Assembly: GCF_006345805.1 (NCBI RefSeq)
Contig: NC_043004.1
Coordinates: 32,054,001-32,118,000 of the forward strand
Direction of reading: 5' to 3'
Origin: Octopus sinensis
Taxonomy: Eukaryota
Length of the DNA stretch: 64,000 nucleotides
The notes beneath the pieces were generated by a model. That model ran no database searches. It saw only the letters and a list, made by a program, of their open reading frames with translations, and was not told the DNA's origin. A program made the translations under genes and the position numbers. The stretch's first letter is position 1; each line of letters opens with the position of its first letter. Positions 1-13,683 of this stretch are shown one piece after another.

Positions 1-56
1 TTACAAACATTACTGACATTCAGAGATAAAATGGAACTAAGATTGCAAGGTCTTAC

Positions 57-187
57 CTTCACCGTGTTTGTCTGTAAATTGGAATGCTTGTACCAAACGC
101 AGTGTCTCATCAACTGATCGACCAACTGGTAGGTCGTTAATAGTTATCTGTCTCAAAACACCTTTCTCATCAATGATAAATAGACCC
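57..187 (-). CDS. PRDX1: Peroxiredoxin coding exon 4: [43 protein letters not shown]; the final exon with the resolving Cys (VCP) lies outside the window
   Basis: Highly conserved GLFIID...[20 protein letters not shown]; cAG and GTAAGA boundaries; 131 bp in phase. Confidence 0.97.
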
Positions 188-1404
188 CTGAAGAAAAAAA
201 AAACCCATATATAATAAATCTGAAGAAATGAGTTTCTGAAACTTTGCTTTAATCAAATTTATTTTTAAATGACTAATTGTTATGTGTGGACTATAGTTAC
301 TAGTAATATGTTAAGTGAATTAATAGTTATTAGCCTGCTTTACAATCATACCAAACGAATTGGTTTTCACAAAAAAGCTATTGTTTTACTAGTCATTTCA
401 TCTAATCATTTCCATTCAAGAAATGAATCACTCTTTAAGGGGAGAGTTTAAGAAAAAAGTGTCAAGTCAGCTAAATTGACCGAAAACCATTGTCGGACAA
501 CTGGGTGAAAAAAGAAAATAGTTTTAATGCAATGAACAAGTTCCCAAGTTATTATAGGAGAGTGTGCTGGCTAATAGCAGTTAAAGAAGTCTGACATAAA
601 TGCTGCCTCTGAAACCACACAAAATTTATGCCAGTGTGTAACCTGGGTCAGTCTAGACTGAATACCCTAATTGCATCCAGATCAGATGACTGTAGGATCC
701 ACAGCCATACCACATTGCAAGTTTCCACACCGACCATGTATTATAATTTGTAGGTCCCTGGGGTAAGCGCTGTAGAGGAAGACATTGTGAATGCAACAGC
801 TGCAACATTTCAGGTAATGGTATTATCTGTGTCAATTTAATGTCCACTTTTCCATGGTCAGACGGAATTCAAAGATTTTCTACAACAGAATGCTGTTATA
901 GTCACCAACCCTTGCATTTCCAAGCAAAGTAATATTGTCCCATGATCAGATTTCCATAGAATATTGGCAGCAATACTGTCTGAAAGACAGTGATAGATGT
1001 TTTACAACTATTGCAGGATGCCAAAACAAAGAGAAATACATTCACATAGCAAGCTTCAGCAGTTTTCATCTAAAAAAGTGCCACAAAATGGGACTGAACC
1101 TGAAGCAACATAACTGGAAAGCAAACTTCTTAATGACTCGGTGCTTATGTTTGTGATCAATGTTCTTAGGACAGCATTTTAGATATCTTTGAGAATATAA
1201 TAGGAAAGATTGTAAGAGCTAAAGCCTACAGTAGCAACTTTAAAGTGTCCGAGTATTTTGGTTTTAGTGTACAGGTAGCCTATGCACAGTCATATTATAC
1301 ATATGCATTGTGTTAGTTATGGAAAGCTTGTAGTCTCAAAACAGGACTGACATACTTCATGATGGATGTAATAACATCTGCTAGCTAAATGCGGTGCCCA
1401 TATA

Positions 1405-1439
<35 letters not shown>

Positions 1440-1448
1440 AAGAGAGAA

Positions 1449-1521
<73 letters not shown>

Positions 1522-1545
1522 GAGAGAGAGAGAGAGAAAGAGAGG

Positions 1546-1577
<32 letters not shown>

Positions 1578-1668
1578 AAGAGAGAGAGAAGAGAGAGAGA
1601 AAGAGAGAGAGAAGAAAGAGAGAGAGAAAGAAGAGAGAGAAAGAAGAGAGAGAAAGAGAGAGAGAGAA

Positions 1669-1755
<87 letters not shown>

Positions 1756-1820
1756 AATAGAGTGAGAGAGAAAGAGAGTGAGAGAGAAAGAGAGTGAGAG
1801 AGAAAGAGAGAGAGAGAGAG
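1405..1820. repeat. (AG)n / purine-only microsatellite in a Prx intron
   Basis: About 415 bp of GA/GAAA repeats. The Ser/Leu and Arg/Glu ORFs here are artefacts. Confidence 0.98.
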
Positions 1821-1962
1821 CAAGAGAAAGTGCCCTCACTGTTCTTACTATGGCAGACACAGGTAATTTACCGTTGTGAATACTAATTCGATGTTAACTA
1901 CAATAAAGCTACAAGCACTATCAGCAAATATTTCAAATTTGCTAAAAATGCAAATTACTCAC

Positions 1963-2085
1963 CTGAAAGAAATTCCTTCATCTTCCTTCAAACAACCATA
2001 ATCTGATGCAATTTTGTGGGTCTTGTCAGCCAAGAGAGGAATCTTCATTTCTCCCAAACCTCCTTGTTTCCGTGGTGTATTGATC
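1963..2085 (-). CDS. PRDX1: Peroxiredoxin coding exon 3: [40 protein letters not shown](R)
   Basis: GGLG motif; cAG and GTGAGT boundaries; 123 bp in phase. Confidence 0.97.
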
Positions 2086-2765
2086 CTGGAAAAGGAAACG
2101 ATGAGCTGTTACCATAATAAATATTCACGAGACACCATCGTAAATACACTCCTTTTTTTTTCTCATTGGCATTTAATGAAGCCCACATCTATATAAGAAA
2201 AACTAAATCATTAAAATGATATAGCGATACAAACTGCTGTAAAGAAAAAAGACATTAACTCAATGTATGGGAGACAACTGTGGACAGATTTTGGCAAACT
2301 TCATACTTGAAATAGTGAAGAGAGAATCACTATTTTACATCTGCTTCTTCATGCTAGCAAGGATTAGACAAGTTTATTTTAACCAGATACTCTTGCTGTT
2401 GCTAACCCTTTTCAAGAGAGATATCTCTTAAAACATCAAAAGTACAAAGCCAGCAGATTTGTTGACAGGAGGAATGACATCACTGCTATTTCTCAATTTC
2501 TGGAGAAATACAAGTGTCAACAAACATACAAGAGTTCAATTTCTGTCAACCAAATTCACTCAGACGGTTTTTGATCAGCTCAGTGCTAAAGAAGACACTT
2601 GTCCAAGTCACCATGAAATAGGATTGAACTCAAAACCATGTATTTGCAATGTGACCATCATTCAACAGCCATGTCTGTATCTAGCACACACACCCCTTTC
2701 AAAAGCAGTTATAAAATTATAATAGATGGAATAGTTCAGAACAAATTGATTAAAGAATCACTTAC

Positions 2766-2882
2766 CAAGCAAGATGGGAATAATGGCTGTCAGTCGAGCA
2801 AGCAACCACTTCACAGTTGATGTCTTTGAATTCTTCCATTCTGTCGCTAAAGGCAGTGATTTCTGTGGGACACACAAAGGTG
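2766..2882 (-). CDS. PRDX1: Peroxiredoxin coding exon 2 with peroxidatic Cys: [38 protein letters not shown](W)
   Basis: FVCPTE motif; cAG and GTAAG boundaries; 117 bp with phases matching neighbouring exons. Confidence 0.97.
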
Positions 2883-4788
2883 CTGGAAGATAGGTATGAA
2901 GAAAAAGTTACCATAATTTAATTGACAAACTGATTTAAAACGCAAGCAGAGTTTAGTGATGTTCTGTTTGAAGGATTATGGAGCATTAAAGACTAAAAGT
3001 GAACTCACATGGACAGAAAGTAAACTATCAAAAAGTAAGTCACTAGTGGATTATGACCGTCCACAACTGTCAGTGACTAAGTCAGCTTTCAACAGATGAA
3101 CCTGAAATTCTGTACCAGGAAAAGAGCAACACCAGTTCTATGTCCTATATACCAAGAAATTAATATTCTAATATTAGACCTAATTATAACAGTTAAGTTC
3201 TTATACACTTGAACATTTTGCTTTCATTACCTGATTGGAGACATTTTACTTCATAAAACTAAAATACTTGAACTACAAATTACATCAGCCCACAAGTATA
3301 CATATCTCAAGATGACACTTCAATGCATACATAATACTTTAAACAAGGCAATTTTGTAAGGATGAGATTGTAGATAAATATATCAACTACCAGTGACAGA
3401 CACAGCTGAGATTAACTTTTACTAGCCAAATAAAAACAATTGGGATATCTAAATCTTTCTCAGACAACACTGCTCATATATTGTTCTGTAATTCATCATT
3501 GAAAATCTTAAAAGGTTGTACATTATCAAAAGAAAAATCTAATAAATTTAATGTGTGCAACAGTGGTTTATAAAGCTAAAACAAAATCTTCAGTGAAATT
3601 AGTGTGTGTGTGTGTGTGCATGGGGCAAGTGGGGTATGAAGTATATTTCAATTTCAGCTTCACAGTATCTGACACCATGGAATTTATCTTATCTTCCTTT
3701 CCAATAATACTAGATGTTATTCGAATATAGAAATAATATTCTCCAAACCTTCAAAGACCATCACATGTATACAGATGGGATATTTATAATTAAAATTACT
3801 AACAGTGAGAAAGTCAAATTAGTCACCTTAGACTTAGCACAAACAAATACATATTTTGTTCTGTGAACCTACCTCATTAAAAATCTTAAGGGAAGATTGT
3901 ATATTATGCAAAAAAACAAAAAAAAAACGGAATTCATTGTTTAATCTCCTTAATATCTCATACTCTTGACCCAGAACTTTGTTTCCGTAAGAGCCAAGCC
4001 AACTAGATATTTGGTCAACAATCAGAACATCTGATAATTTCCAGCTAGTCAATTAGATTATTATATCCTATGAAGATTGCTCCATAGCTGTCCACCACTG
4101 TATAATTATCAACTGTAGGGATCAAACATTAACAACTTTATTCCAAATGAGGTTATTTTTAAGTGACTGTTCATTACCCATTTTATATTAATGTTTTAAT
4201 ATTTAAAAACAATGCCGACACTTTTACTGACAGCAACTGATACTTCTAAACCCACATTAAATAAACAGATCATGTACCAAGACTTGGGAACAGTGTACTT
4301 GGCAATATTGCTGATGGCGCCATGAAAACGATGATCCATTCCAAAAATTTTTGATGAGATCATGTAGGATCAAAAGTAAAGATGGAAAAAATTTATGACC
4401 ACCCTAAAATAACACTAGCACTTTCAAAATATTTGTAATATTAATTTTATTTATAAAGTGATTTTAGTAACCATGCTGAATTTTGAACTCAAAATATGAC
4501 AAATCATCTAATTTGGCTGCCAATTTATAAAATACAGTCTACTAATTCGTCAACTAACCCAGTAATTAACCTTTGTTAGCATATTTTCAATTAATTTTGA
4601 AAATTGTAGTTAGTAAAGTAACTCATTATGCTGGTGTCTGGAACAACTTGATGGAAGGTTTTAATTTAAATCAATTTAAAACAAGTTTGAATCACAGAAT
4701 TATTAGGAGTAATTTTAGTTGGGTTGGTATCAAAATGGTTAAGGAGAGATGTTTTTTTTTTCTGTATGATATGAAAATTTATACTTAC

Positions 4789-4916
4789 AAATCAAGTGGA
4801 TAGAAGAATAGCACCAAATATTTTCCTTTGAAGTCTGACAGCTGGATAGTTTTGAACTCACCATTAACAACAGCCATTCCTTTAAATTCTGGGGCTTTCT
4901 GGGCTAAATTTAGCAT
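4789..4916 (-). CDS. PRDX1: Typical 2-Cys peroxiredoxin (PRDX1/2-like), first coding exon: [42 protein letters not shown](F)
   Basis: Manual translation of the minus strand. The acceptor ttttcAG ends at 4926, followed by 9 nt of UTR, ATG at 4916 and a GTAAGT donor. The [13 protein letters not shown] motif is characteristic of AhpC/Prx1. PRDX1 versus PRDX2 orthology cannot be resolved by eye. Confidence 0.95.
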
Positions 4917-5295
4917 GTTGATAATCTGAAAAATAAGTTTCATACTTTTGTTACCATGGCAACACTATAGCTAAATGACCATTCATGAATCAGAAGTGTA
5001 ATGTTAGTGAAAGTCAACAAGGTAAGGAAATGTACTTTTTCAAAGAGTATAACAGATGGCTGTAGTCAGTTTAAATCTAGAACTTCAATGTCAAAAACTG
5101 AAATTTAAGTTACACTAAAAAAAATCACAAAAAAAAAAGCAAAAAAACTAACTTGATCTTTAAACTTACTGAAAACAAATTGCAATATCACAAGCCTGCC
5201 ATTATGTATTCATCTTTTACTACTATTGTAAGCCATTTCTCTTGTAAAAAAAGCTGATTTTATCCACCTTACCTCAAACCTACTCACCCTGCTAA

Positions 5296-5674
5296 TTTCG
5301 TTATTGCCCACAAGGGGCTAAATATAGAGGGGACAAACAAGGACAGACAAAGGGATTAAGTCGATTACATCAACCCAGTGCGTAACTGGTACATGATTTA
5401 TCGACCTCAGCGGAATTTGAACTCAGAACGTAACACAGATGAAATACCTATTTCTTTACTACCCACAAGGGGCTAAACACAGAGAGGACAAACAAGGACA
5501 GATAAATGGATTAAGTCAATTACATCGACCCCAGTGCATAACTGGTACTTATTTAATTGACCCCGAAAGGATGAAAGGCAAAGTCGAGCTCGGTGGAATT
5601 TGAACTCACATTGCGACAGGCAAAATACTGCTAAGCATTTCGCCTGGTGTGCTAATGTTTCTGCCAGCTCGCCG
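5296..5674 (-). mobile_element. tRNA-derived SINE family A, dimer-like copy
   Basis: Head GGCGAGCTGGCAGAA, B-box GAGTTCAAATTCC and core GACTTTGCCTTTCATCCTTTCGGGGTC; many related copies in the window. Confidence 0.9.
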
Positions 5675-6096
5675 CACACTGTCACCCTAAAATCTTGCAA
5701 ACATTAAAAACTAGTCCCTCATGAAGCTTCCAAAACTTCACAGCTGTCATTTCAAAAATATCCAATAAATTCTTTAAACTCCAGATATTTCTCACCCTGC
5801 TATATAATAAAAAAAAAATAAAAGAAAAAAGTTGGATTGGTTGATTGCCTGGTAACTAGGAGACAAGAGATAACAGGATGACAATCAATTTCAACTGATA
5901 GGTGACACTATCAAGATAGTTTAGTCATGAGAACTAAACTAGCCTATCTAAAAATATAGGTCAGCGATCAGGCCAAATTAAAATACCTTGATACTTCAGC
6001 TTCTGGTTGCAAATCATTTGAGATATTGCCTTAAAGTAAGAAAATATTACTATTAATATTGCATAAGTGCAGGCATGCTTTACAGCCAATTTCGTT

Positions 6097-6746
6097 TTCA
6101 GTCCCGCCGCATGGAACCTTTAGCTAGGCAGTCTTCAGTCCCGCCGCATGCAACCTTTAGCTAGGCAGTCTTCAGTCCCGCCGCATGCAACCTTTAGCTA
6201 GGCAGTCTTCAGTCCCGCCGCATGCAACCTTTAGCTAGGCAGTCTTCAGTCCCGCCGCATGCAACCTTTAGCTAGGCAGTCTTCAGTCCGCCGCATGCAA
6301 CCTTTAGCTAGGCAGTCTTCAGTCCCGCCGCATGCAACCTTTAGCTAGGCAGTCTTCAGTCCCGCCGCATGCAACCTTTAGCTAGGCAGTCTTCAGTCCC
6401 GCCGCATGCAACCTTTAGCTAGGCAGTCTTCAGTCCCGCCGCATGCAACCTTTAGCTAGGCAGTCTTCAGTCCCGCCGCATGCAACCTTTAGCTAGGCAG
6501 TCTTCAGTCCCGCCGCATGCAACCTTTAGCTAGGCAGTCTTCAGTCCCGCCGCATGCAACCTTAGCTAGGCAGTCTTCAGTCCCGCCGCATGCAACCTTT
6601 AGCTAGGCAGTCTTCAGTCCCGCCGCATGCAACCTTTAGCTAGGCAGTCTTCAGTCCCGCCGCATGCAACCTTTAGCTAGGCAGTCTTCAGTCCCGCCGC
6701 ATGGAACCTTTAGCTAGGCAGTCTTCAGTCCCGCCGCATGGAACCT
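6097..6746 (+). repeat. 37-bp minisatellite, about 17.5 copies
   Basis: Unit CAGTCCCGCCGCATGCAACCTTTAGCTAGGCAGTCTT; copies near-identical with no spacers. Confidence 0.97.
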
Positions 6747-7454
6747 CAGCTATGAATGACCATATGGAAGTTTGTCTTATGAAAATTTTACATTAGCCTG
6801 AGGAATCAATCCTTGAACGCACGTCTTTGTATCAACACCACTTGGGCAGCAGTGATGTTTGCCAAAGTCATTTAAAACCCAAAAGATAGTACCAGTCATG
6901 CACAAGTCCCTCTCCCTATTTTTTGAATTGACTACATTGCATGGAAAAGGATCATACCAGACCACTCACTACACCACCTTCTCAAAACAGAGTTGAGTAA
7001 GGCAGTAGCAATCACTTATACAAAGGTTTATTGAAACCATCCAAAGATGACCCGAAATAGCATGGAATGGAAATAAGTCCAAAATGTTCAATAATTTAAG
7101 CAATCCTGACGTCATCATCAATTTATATTGATACAATGGAGGGAGGGAAGGACGAACAGTCTGTATTGGATTAACAAATTTAATTTCAATATGATTGGAA
7201 AGTCTACAGTAACAAATCTCAAATGTGTTCTAAGTGAATCAAATCAATTCCAAAACTTTATGGAACAAATATACATCCTTACTTGCCAGCCTACATTAGT
7301 CAAATTATTGTATTCACAATTCTGGTGCCACAGCAAAATTATTTTATCACAATAAAAATACCAAAATATCCCCCCCTTCATTAAACTGAATGCTTAACTA
7401 GAAGATAGCAGGCAAGAGAAATAAAATTTCATTCTACAGACGTTATAGAATGCA

Positions 7455-7586
7455 TGGAATAGGGAGTGGTTGGAGATCACGCGGTCGTTAGCCTCAAATC
7501 GCCAGGCCTGGTCGGCGTTTGTGAGATGCAGCATTGAGGATGAATGAAGCCAACTCAACCCACCCCGGGTGAATGCTGTCAAGTCA
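7455..7586 (+). mobile_element. 5'-truncated RTE-like LINE 3' end with 12-bp TSD
   Basis: TSD TTATAGAATGCA at 7443-7454 and 7587-7598. Translates to WNREWLEITRSLASNRQAWSAFVR, resembling an RTE C-terminus. Confidence 0.75.
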
Positions 7587-10500
7587 TTATAGAATGCACT
7601 AATTGTATAAAAGTCATTGCATTTATATATTTCAAGTCAAAGATTAACTGTTCAAAGTTTTAATAATGCATAATTAAGGAAGATAATATAGAGATGCAAC
7701 ACAAAATCAAGTCTTAACTAGTATAGAACAACTTGTTTAAACAATTCACACAATGTAAATTTAAAACTAGCCCCAGTTAAAACTTTAATACATAGCTCAT
7801 CAATCGTAGTTATAGGAGGAAAAATAAGTGAATGAGTATGGCCTGATAAAGAGGAGCAATGTTAATGAGAAAGGATGAATGCCAAGTTGAGAAAGTTGAA
7901 CATCAAAAGCAATGACTGATGTAAAAGTACATGGTTTTCGACCAGTAATGCCAATACCTGCAGGAATACAAGAAATACTGGTTACAGCTGTGGACTTGAG
8001 AATTAGATCAAAGCTGTAAATAGTTTAGGCTTTGCAAATGCAGTTACACAGGAATGAATACAAACCATCCACCCTCTCTAATCCAACAGGGTTAAGTGGC
8101 TATAAAAAAGTATTATACTATGCTTATATATAATTAACTTTCAATTTCAGTGACAAGCAAGCCTCTCTAATCTACAAAGTGAAACTGTCAAAACACAAAA
8201 AATAAGTTATGTTAAAAAAATATTACTGAAAGATCAAAGATGTTGCTTGTACAAATGGAAATTTCAATTCAAAACAGGTTTTGCAAAGGTCATAACTGAT
8301 GCAAATGAAAACTTCCATTGATGCTATTAAGTTAGACATGGCCTGGACCAGTAACGGTCAAAACTAAGTTAAATAAAAACTAAAAGGCAGAATCAGTAGA
8401 GATCAGAATATGTTCTACAGTGATTTAGCCCAGCCCTCATGTCCCAAGGACAACTATTTTATACTTGGGTTGTTAATTAGTGAAGGATTAAAGTTGATAT
8501 AAAGTCATTTGCTTCTGTATTTATTTCCGCCACAATACATTAAAAATTAATATGCAAGTCATTTAAATTCTTATTGTTCACCAAGCACATGATTTATCAA
8601 TTGGTAAATACATCAGTGCACATGAAAATCTGTTTAGTGGAGTTTTAAACAATATCCTTGAACTCTTGTTAGATTTATTGGTGCCAGTGTTGTATGTGAT
8701 GTACAGCAACTTAAATCTAGACTAGCTTGTGATCTACATTCAAAATTGTTATAAATTGATTTTATTTTTATTTCATACTAGAAACAATACTGACTATTTG
8801 TATACAACATGACTATCATTTAAAAATGTAATAAGGAGACTTTGCTCATTTCATCTGAAAATCTTCCAACAAATGAAATCTAAATGAGATTGAAATGTTT
8901 GCAGTGGAACATCACTCAATGTCTTGTGTATGTGTTCCATCTTGAACTAATGTAGATAACATACTACACCGGCTTATTTATCCAGAGTGCTTTCAGTTGA
9001 CAAAATGTAAAAAACAAAACAAAACAAAAAAAAACAACAAAAACAGAGGGTCCCCGAGCCATCTTACACTAATAAATTGAGTGTATGAACGGAGCCACCT
9101 TTAAGAAGTTGGTCTCTTATGAAACACTAGCAATTACCATATTTACATGAAAATCTGCTGAAACATAAGCCATCTAATTACATTTAGAGCTTGAATTTAA
9201 AATGCCACTAAACCAGTCACACCAGTCAATGTACAATATTGGAATGTATTTTTGTCAAAGTTTAGGTAATTTTTTAAGCAAATATACTCAAGTTTTAAAC
9301 CAAACTTGTCAAATACAAAGCATCTGATAAGTTTTTTTCAAGTACAAGGCTAAAATAGAATGATTTGGTAACATGAGGCCTTTCTCAAGAGTGTAGAACA
9401 ATCTATTCCAAACTTTAAAATTATCTAATATGGTACCAAATTGCATCTAAATAGATGCAGCTACTAAGAGTTATATAGGAGAATACACCACCGGCAGCAT
9501 ACATGCAACTATTACCTTATTAAGGTATAAATGAGATTAACAAATGAAAACATTTAAGTAAATCAAGCCTAGTGGTAAATTTGAAGATGAGAAAACACTA
9601 ATTACAGTAGTCCTTTTATTTTATAAACTGGGCAAAGTTGGTGAACTGCATAGAGAGAGGATTACAAAATGTTCTTGAATAGATGCAAATTAACAGCAAG
9701 GTAAACATGGAAAAGGAAATTCCAACGTCATATGGTAGGGAGGAAAGATGTGATAGTGGTTAGTGCAAGGGCCAGGGACAATACGAGTGACAAAGACAAT
9801 GAATCAGGAACCCGAGAGGCAGCAAGACATGAACAAGGAACAGGTCATTTCTAAGGAAGTGAAAATCTGATTAAAGAAACATCTGATCCCAGAGACTAAA
9901 GTGTTGAGTAAGCTCCATGCTAAACAGAAGGGTAACTATTTTATAAACTTCACGACGTACTATTGCTGTAAGCATATGGTAACTTCTCACAAACGTTTTG
10001 AGGTGGAAGCTTAGATTATGTAATTAAGGTCATTAAAATGTTCAAATGTGTTAAGCTATTGTTTACTTGCTGTTGCAGTTATCACTAAGTGTAGAGAAAG
10101 CTATTCTTGAAGTTCTAGTAACAGCAAAACTAGTCTGAATTGTTTCTCATGCTTGCGAGGAAACCTTTTTTCCTGTTTATTTCAAGTTATTGTATTTAAT
10201 ATATGGAGATACACGAACTAACTACAATAGATAACGCCTCCAATATTACTGAGAAAAACATTGTAGCTGTCAGGTGTTTATGTGAACATCTAAAATATAT
10301 AGCACATCGTTTGCATGGTTATGTAGCGCTAGTTATATTACAACTTGAACACGAAATAACTTCTAAAATACGAAATTGTCAAAAACGTTCAGAGTAAACC
10401 GTATTCTACGTGAGAAATTCTACCAGTATTCGAAGTTTCAAATTGCTTAGTTAAAAAGATTTTTAAAATCTGAGATGGAATAGAGCCAAGGGTAGTGAGT

Positions 10501-11248
10501 GTCCTTGTTAGTACATACAACTAGGTGTATTATAACTATGATAGTTATAAAAAAGCATGAACGGCACAATTATAAACAAGTTTATATTTGGTACAAATGA
10601 CGTAAATCAAAACCACTTCAGCTTTCTACTTAAAAGACACTAGAAACAATTTGGCTGTTACCAGGTTAAACTTAATTTGAAATGTTTTTAGAGATTTGTC
10701 AGTAGAACGTATCATTGTAAATATTTAGACAATCTTTATATTCCCAGAAGAATAAAAACGTTAAAAATGCTACCTAACAGCGTACGATGACTGTATGGCA
10801 GGGAAAACAGTTTTGTAACTGAATTGTGCAGTTGAAATCAATAAAAACGTTTGAAACCCACATTGATAAAAGACAGTGAAATTGGAATTAAAAAACATTT
10901 CTACACAGTATCGACATTAATTGCTTATTTTTTGTAAGAGCTTTATGTAGATTTGGTATTTTATCAGTTGAAAAGGATTAGTTTAAATTTCTGAAATAAA
11001 AATATTGATATAGTTCTATTTAAAATATGAAAATTACAAAATTTAAGTGAAATATTGTGTACAAAACCGACATAAACAGTTTGCTTTTTTTAAATTAAAA
11101 TTTTGTAGCTGATGTCAAAAGAAATCAAAACCTCAAAGAGGCAGAATAAAAAAAAATTTCAAGTTGAGAGGAAGTTTTAAACATTTTCGCTTAAACGAAG
11201 TGCCAAGTAGTGAGACTAAACAGAAGTTTCTGTTAATGTTTACTTAAA

Positions 11249-12046
11249 CACCCGGCTACAAAAAAAAAAAAAAAAAAGAAGTAATGTGTAAAAAATGCGT
11301 ATTAAACGAATATGAAAAAATTTGCAACGAATCCGACTTCAGTTTTAAAAAAAAAAAAGAAAAGCTTCATTTATCTTGCGTTTGAGCAGGGGCGGACAGA
11401 GTATTAAGAGCCCTCGGGCATAACTTTACCGGGTCCCTTTGAACGTGTTTTAGAGTTAACCTGTAGAGTGCGTGCTCTTCAGCGCTCCGAGCCCTCGGGC
11501 AGTGTCCGACTGACCAACGGCTCAGTCCGTCCCTGCGTTTGAGTAATAGAATAGTTTTTTTTTTTAAAGATCCCAACGGTGAAGATGTGCTAAAACAGCT
11601 AAATCGACCTTAACTTTTTTCATAGGGAAACCATATTCAACATCGTATTTATGAATTTGTTTCTCTCACCACAATACATGGGATCTTTTTTAAAACATTT
11701 TACTCAAATGAAAAATGAATCTGAAAATTTTTCAAAGTTTTCCATTGCACTCAAGCAAAAAAAAATAAATATTTCTTTCTCTTCGAAAGTGCTCTCCCCA
11801 TCACCTCGGAAAAAATGTTCCCCAGAAATTTCTTTATAATCGTAATCTATGCTGTTTGAAAAGGTATTTCTATAAAATTTCAAAGATATCCATTTACCTA
11901 AACGTTATGAGGGGAAAAAATCGGATCTTGTGAATTTTCCGAAAGTCCTCTCTCCAACACCCCCGGTTCGTTGGCGCAAATTTGTCTTCATAATTGCTAA
12001 TTACATTTTTTTAAAAAACCTATTACACTGTTTTGGTGGCCGGGTG
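11249..12046. mobile_element. piggyBac-like non-autonomous element
   Basis: TIRs CACCCGGCTAC / GTGGCCGGGTG with TTAA at both flanks. Internal sequence is shared with the arms at 19733-21226. Confidence 0.7.
11387..11535. mobile_element. 149-bp hAT MITE nested in the piggyBac-like element
   Basis: TIRs CAGGGGCGGACAGAG / CTCAGTCCGTCCCTG; exact 8-bp TSD CGTTTGAG (11379-11386, 11536-11543); subterminal GAGCCCTCGGGCA twice. Confidence 0.92.
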
Positions 12047-13297
12047 TTAAAATAAACATTAACCGAGGTTTCTTACAATAAACATTAAGTGTGTGGTAGG
12101 TAAGTGAGTAAACAACCTAAGTATTAGGTGCAAGCTACAGATCTGAATATGCCGCAGCATCATCAGATATAGGTTGGAAAAATTGGTTGCTGTTTATTAG
12201 AGCAGGGTCAAGGAGTTATGTAAGAGGTCCTACAGGTTTTATTTAAAACTTAACCACTTGACATGGTCTCAAACTAGGTGTATTATAACTATGATAGTTA
12301 TAAAAATTACAAGGCCAGCCAATTACTGGGGTCGATTTCAATTCCTCTAATGTGAATGGAGTTGTAATAGAAGACAACGTCGAGATTGTTTCACGCTGTC
12401 TACAAATTAAAATATATTCATTCTTCTTTGCGAGGAGTAAAAAGATTTAATAAAATATGTACGTCGTCACCAAAAATGTGCTCTAATCGCAACTATCGTC
12501 TTTTCTGTACAGAAAATTTAAAATTAATTGTAGTTCCAGTTTAAAAGAAAACAAGTAGGATTTAAGGGAGATTAGGTTATTTCTAACAAGTCGTGCGAAT
12601 GTTGGAGGTTACTTCATTGAAGCGGTAATAACTACTGCTAATTAGTACCCAAACAAAAACAATGTAATAGAAGAAATAAAACAAGAAAGATTTCATTAAT
12701 TCATGTTCAATGGCGAGACAATTTCGTAAGATAATCAGTCTTATTGCTTACAATGGTTCACAACAATAAAATATCTGGAGCCTTTTGCCTCAAACTGTCC
12801 AACACTGAACCCAACTCTTTATTACTCTAAGAATTACTTTACGAGGAAGAAAGTACTAGAGACAATCTAATACAAACATCAGTCTGCCTACTCTACAGAT
12901 AATATATTTAAGAACATCCGGCAGTGATAGAAGTGGGTCAACAGACCGACAGAAGGACTATAAAATGACGTAGTTTATAAAATACCTTCACCTTAAAGTT
13001 TTTTTTCCCACACAACCAGACGTAAAATATTTTGAACAGCCCATTCATCAATGGGAACAATTTCTTTTGATGGGTTGTAACGCTGACACAAAAAGAACAT
13101 TTTAGCATTGATGGATGAAAGTACCAGCAAGTGTGGTGAATCAAACAATCCTACGTTTACATAAAGATTTGCTTTTCTTCAATATAACGAGCCAACTTCT
13201 AAAGTAGTCGCATAATCCGACAGACAATTAGGCAAAAATAAGTAGACCGACATTATGCGAAAATTCATTTAAACGTGGATTATCCCCATTTAACTTG

Positions 13298-13595
13298 TAC
13301 TCGTTTCAATCATTTGACTCCAATCAGCCGAAGAAATCGACCTCAAGACATTCTTTGTAAGCCTAGTACTCATGTCGGTCTCTTTTTCCGAACCACTAAG
13401 TTACAGGGACGTAAGCACACCAAGATCGGTATCAAGCGATGGTTGATACACACGACGGGTTTCTGTATCAAATCCTCTCATAAGGCTTTGGTCGGTCCGA
13501 GGCTTACAGAAAACACTTACCCAAGGTCTCAAGCAGTGGGACTGAACCCGGAGCTATGTGGTTGGGAAGCAAGCTTCTTACCACACAGCCACACC
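13298..13595 (-). mobile_element. tRNA-derived SINE family B
   Basis: Reverse complement of the GGCTGTGTGGTAAG...GGGTTCAGTCCCACTGC head and the CAAATGATTGAAAC tail. Confidence 0.85.
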
Positions 13596-13683
13596 AGATC
13601 ATTATTTTTAAAAATCAGAAACCGAGGCAATGGTTCTTAAGTCATTGAATTCGAGAGGCACTGCAAATTTAAAGTTAGTTATA

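Noticed and set aside
6097-6746. CRISPR-like array
   Set aside because: Contiguous 37-bp units with no unique spacers, eukaryotic context, and no cas genes.
10774-10916. Upstream exon adding a targeting peptide to Prx
   Set aside because: The open frame ends in phase 2 while the 4925 acceptor needs phase 0; the in-phase frame ends in TAG; the donor is weak.
11387-11543. Pol III structured ncRNA with a closing stem
   Set aside because: The stem is a TIR pair flanked by an exact 8-bp TSD, so it is a hAT MITE.
12938-13150. piggyBac-like YNPSKEIVPIDE peptide
   Set aside because: A single short match with no supporting motifs.
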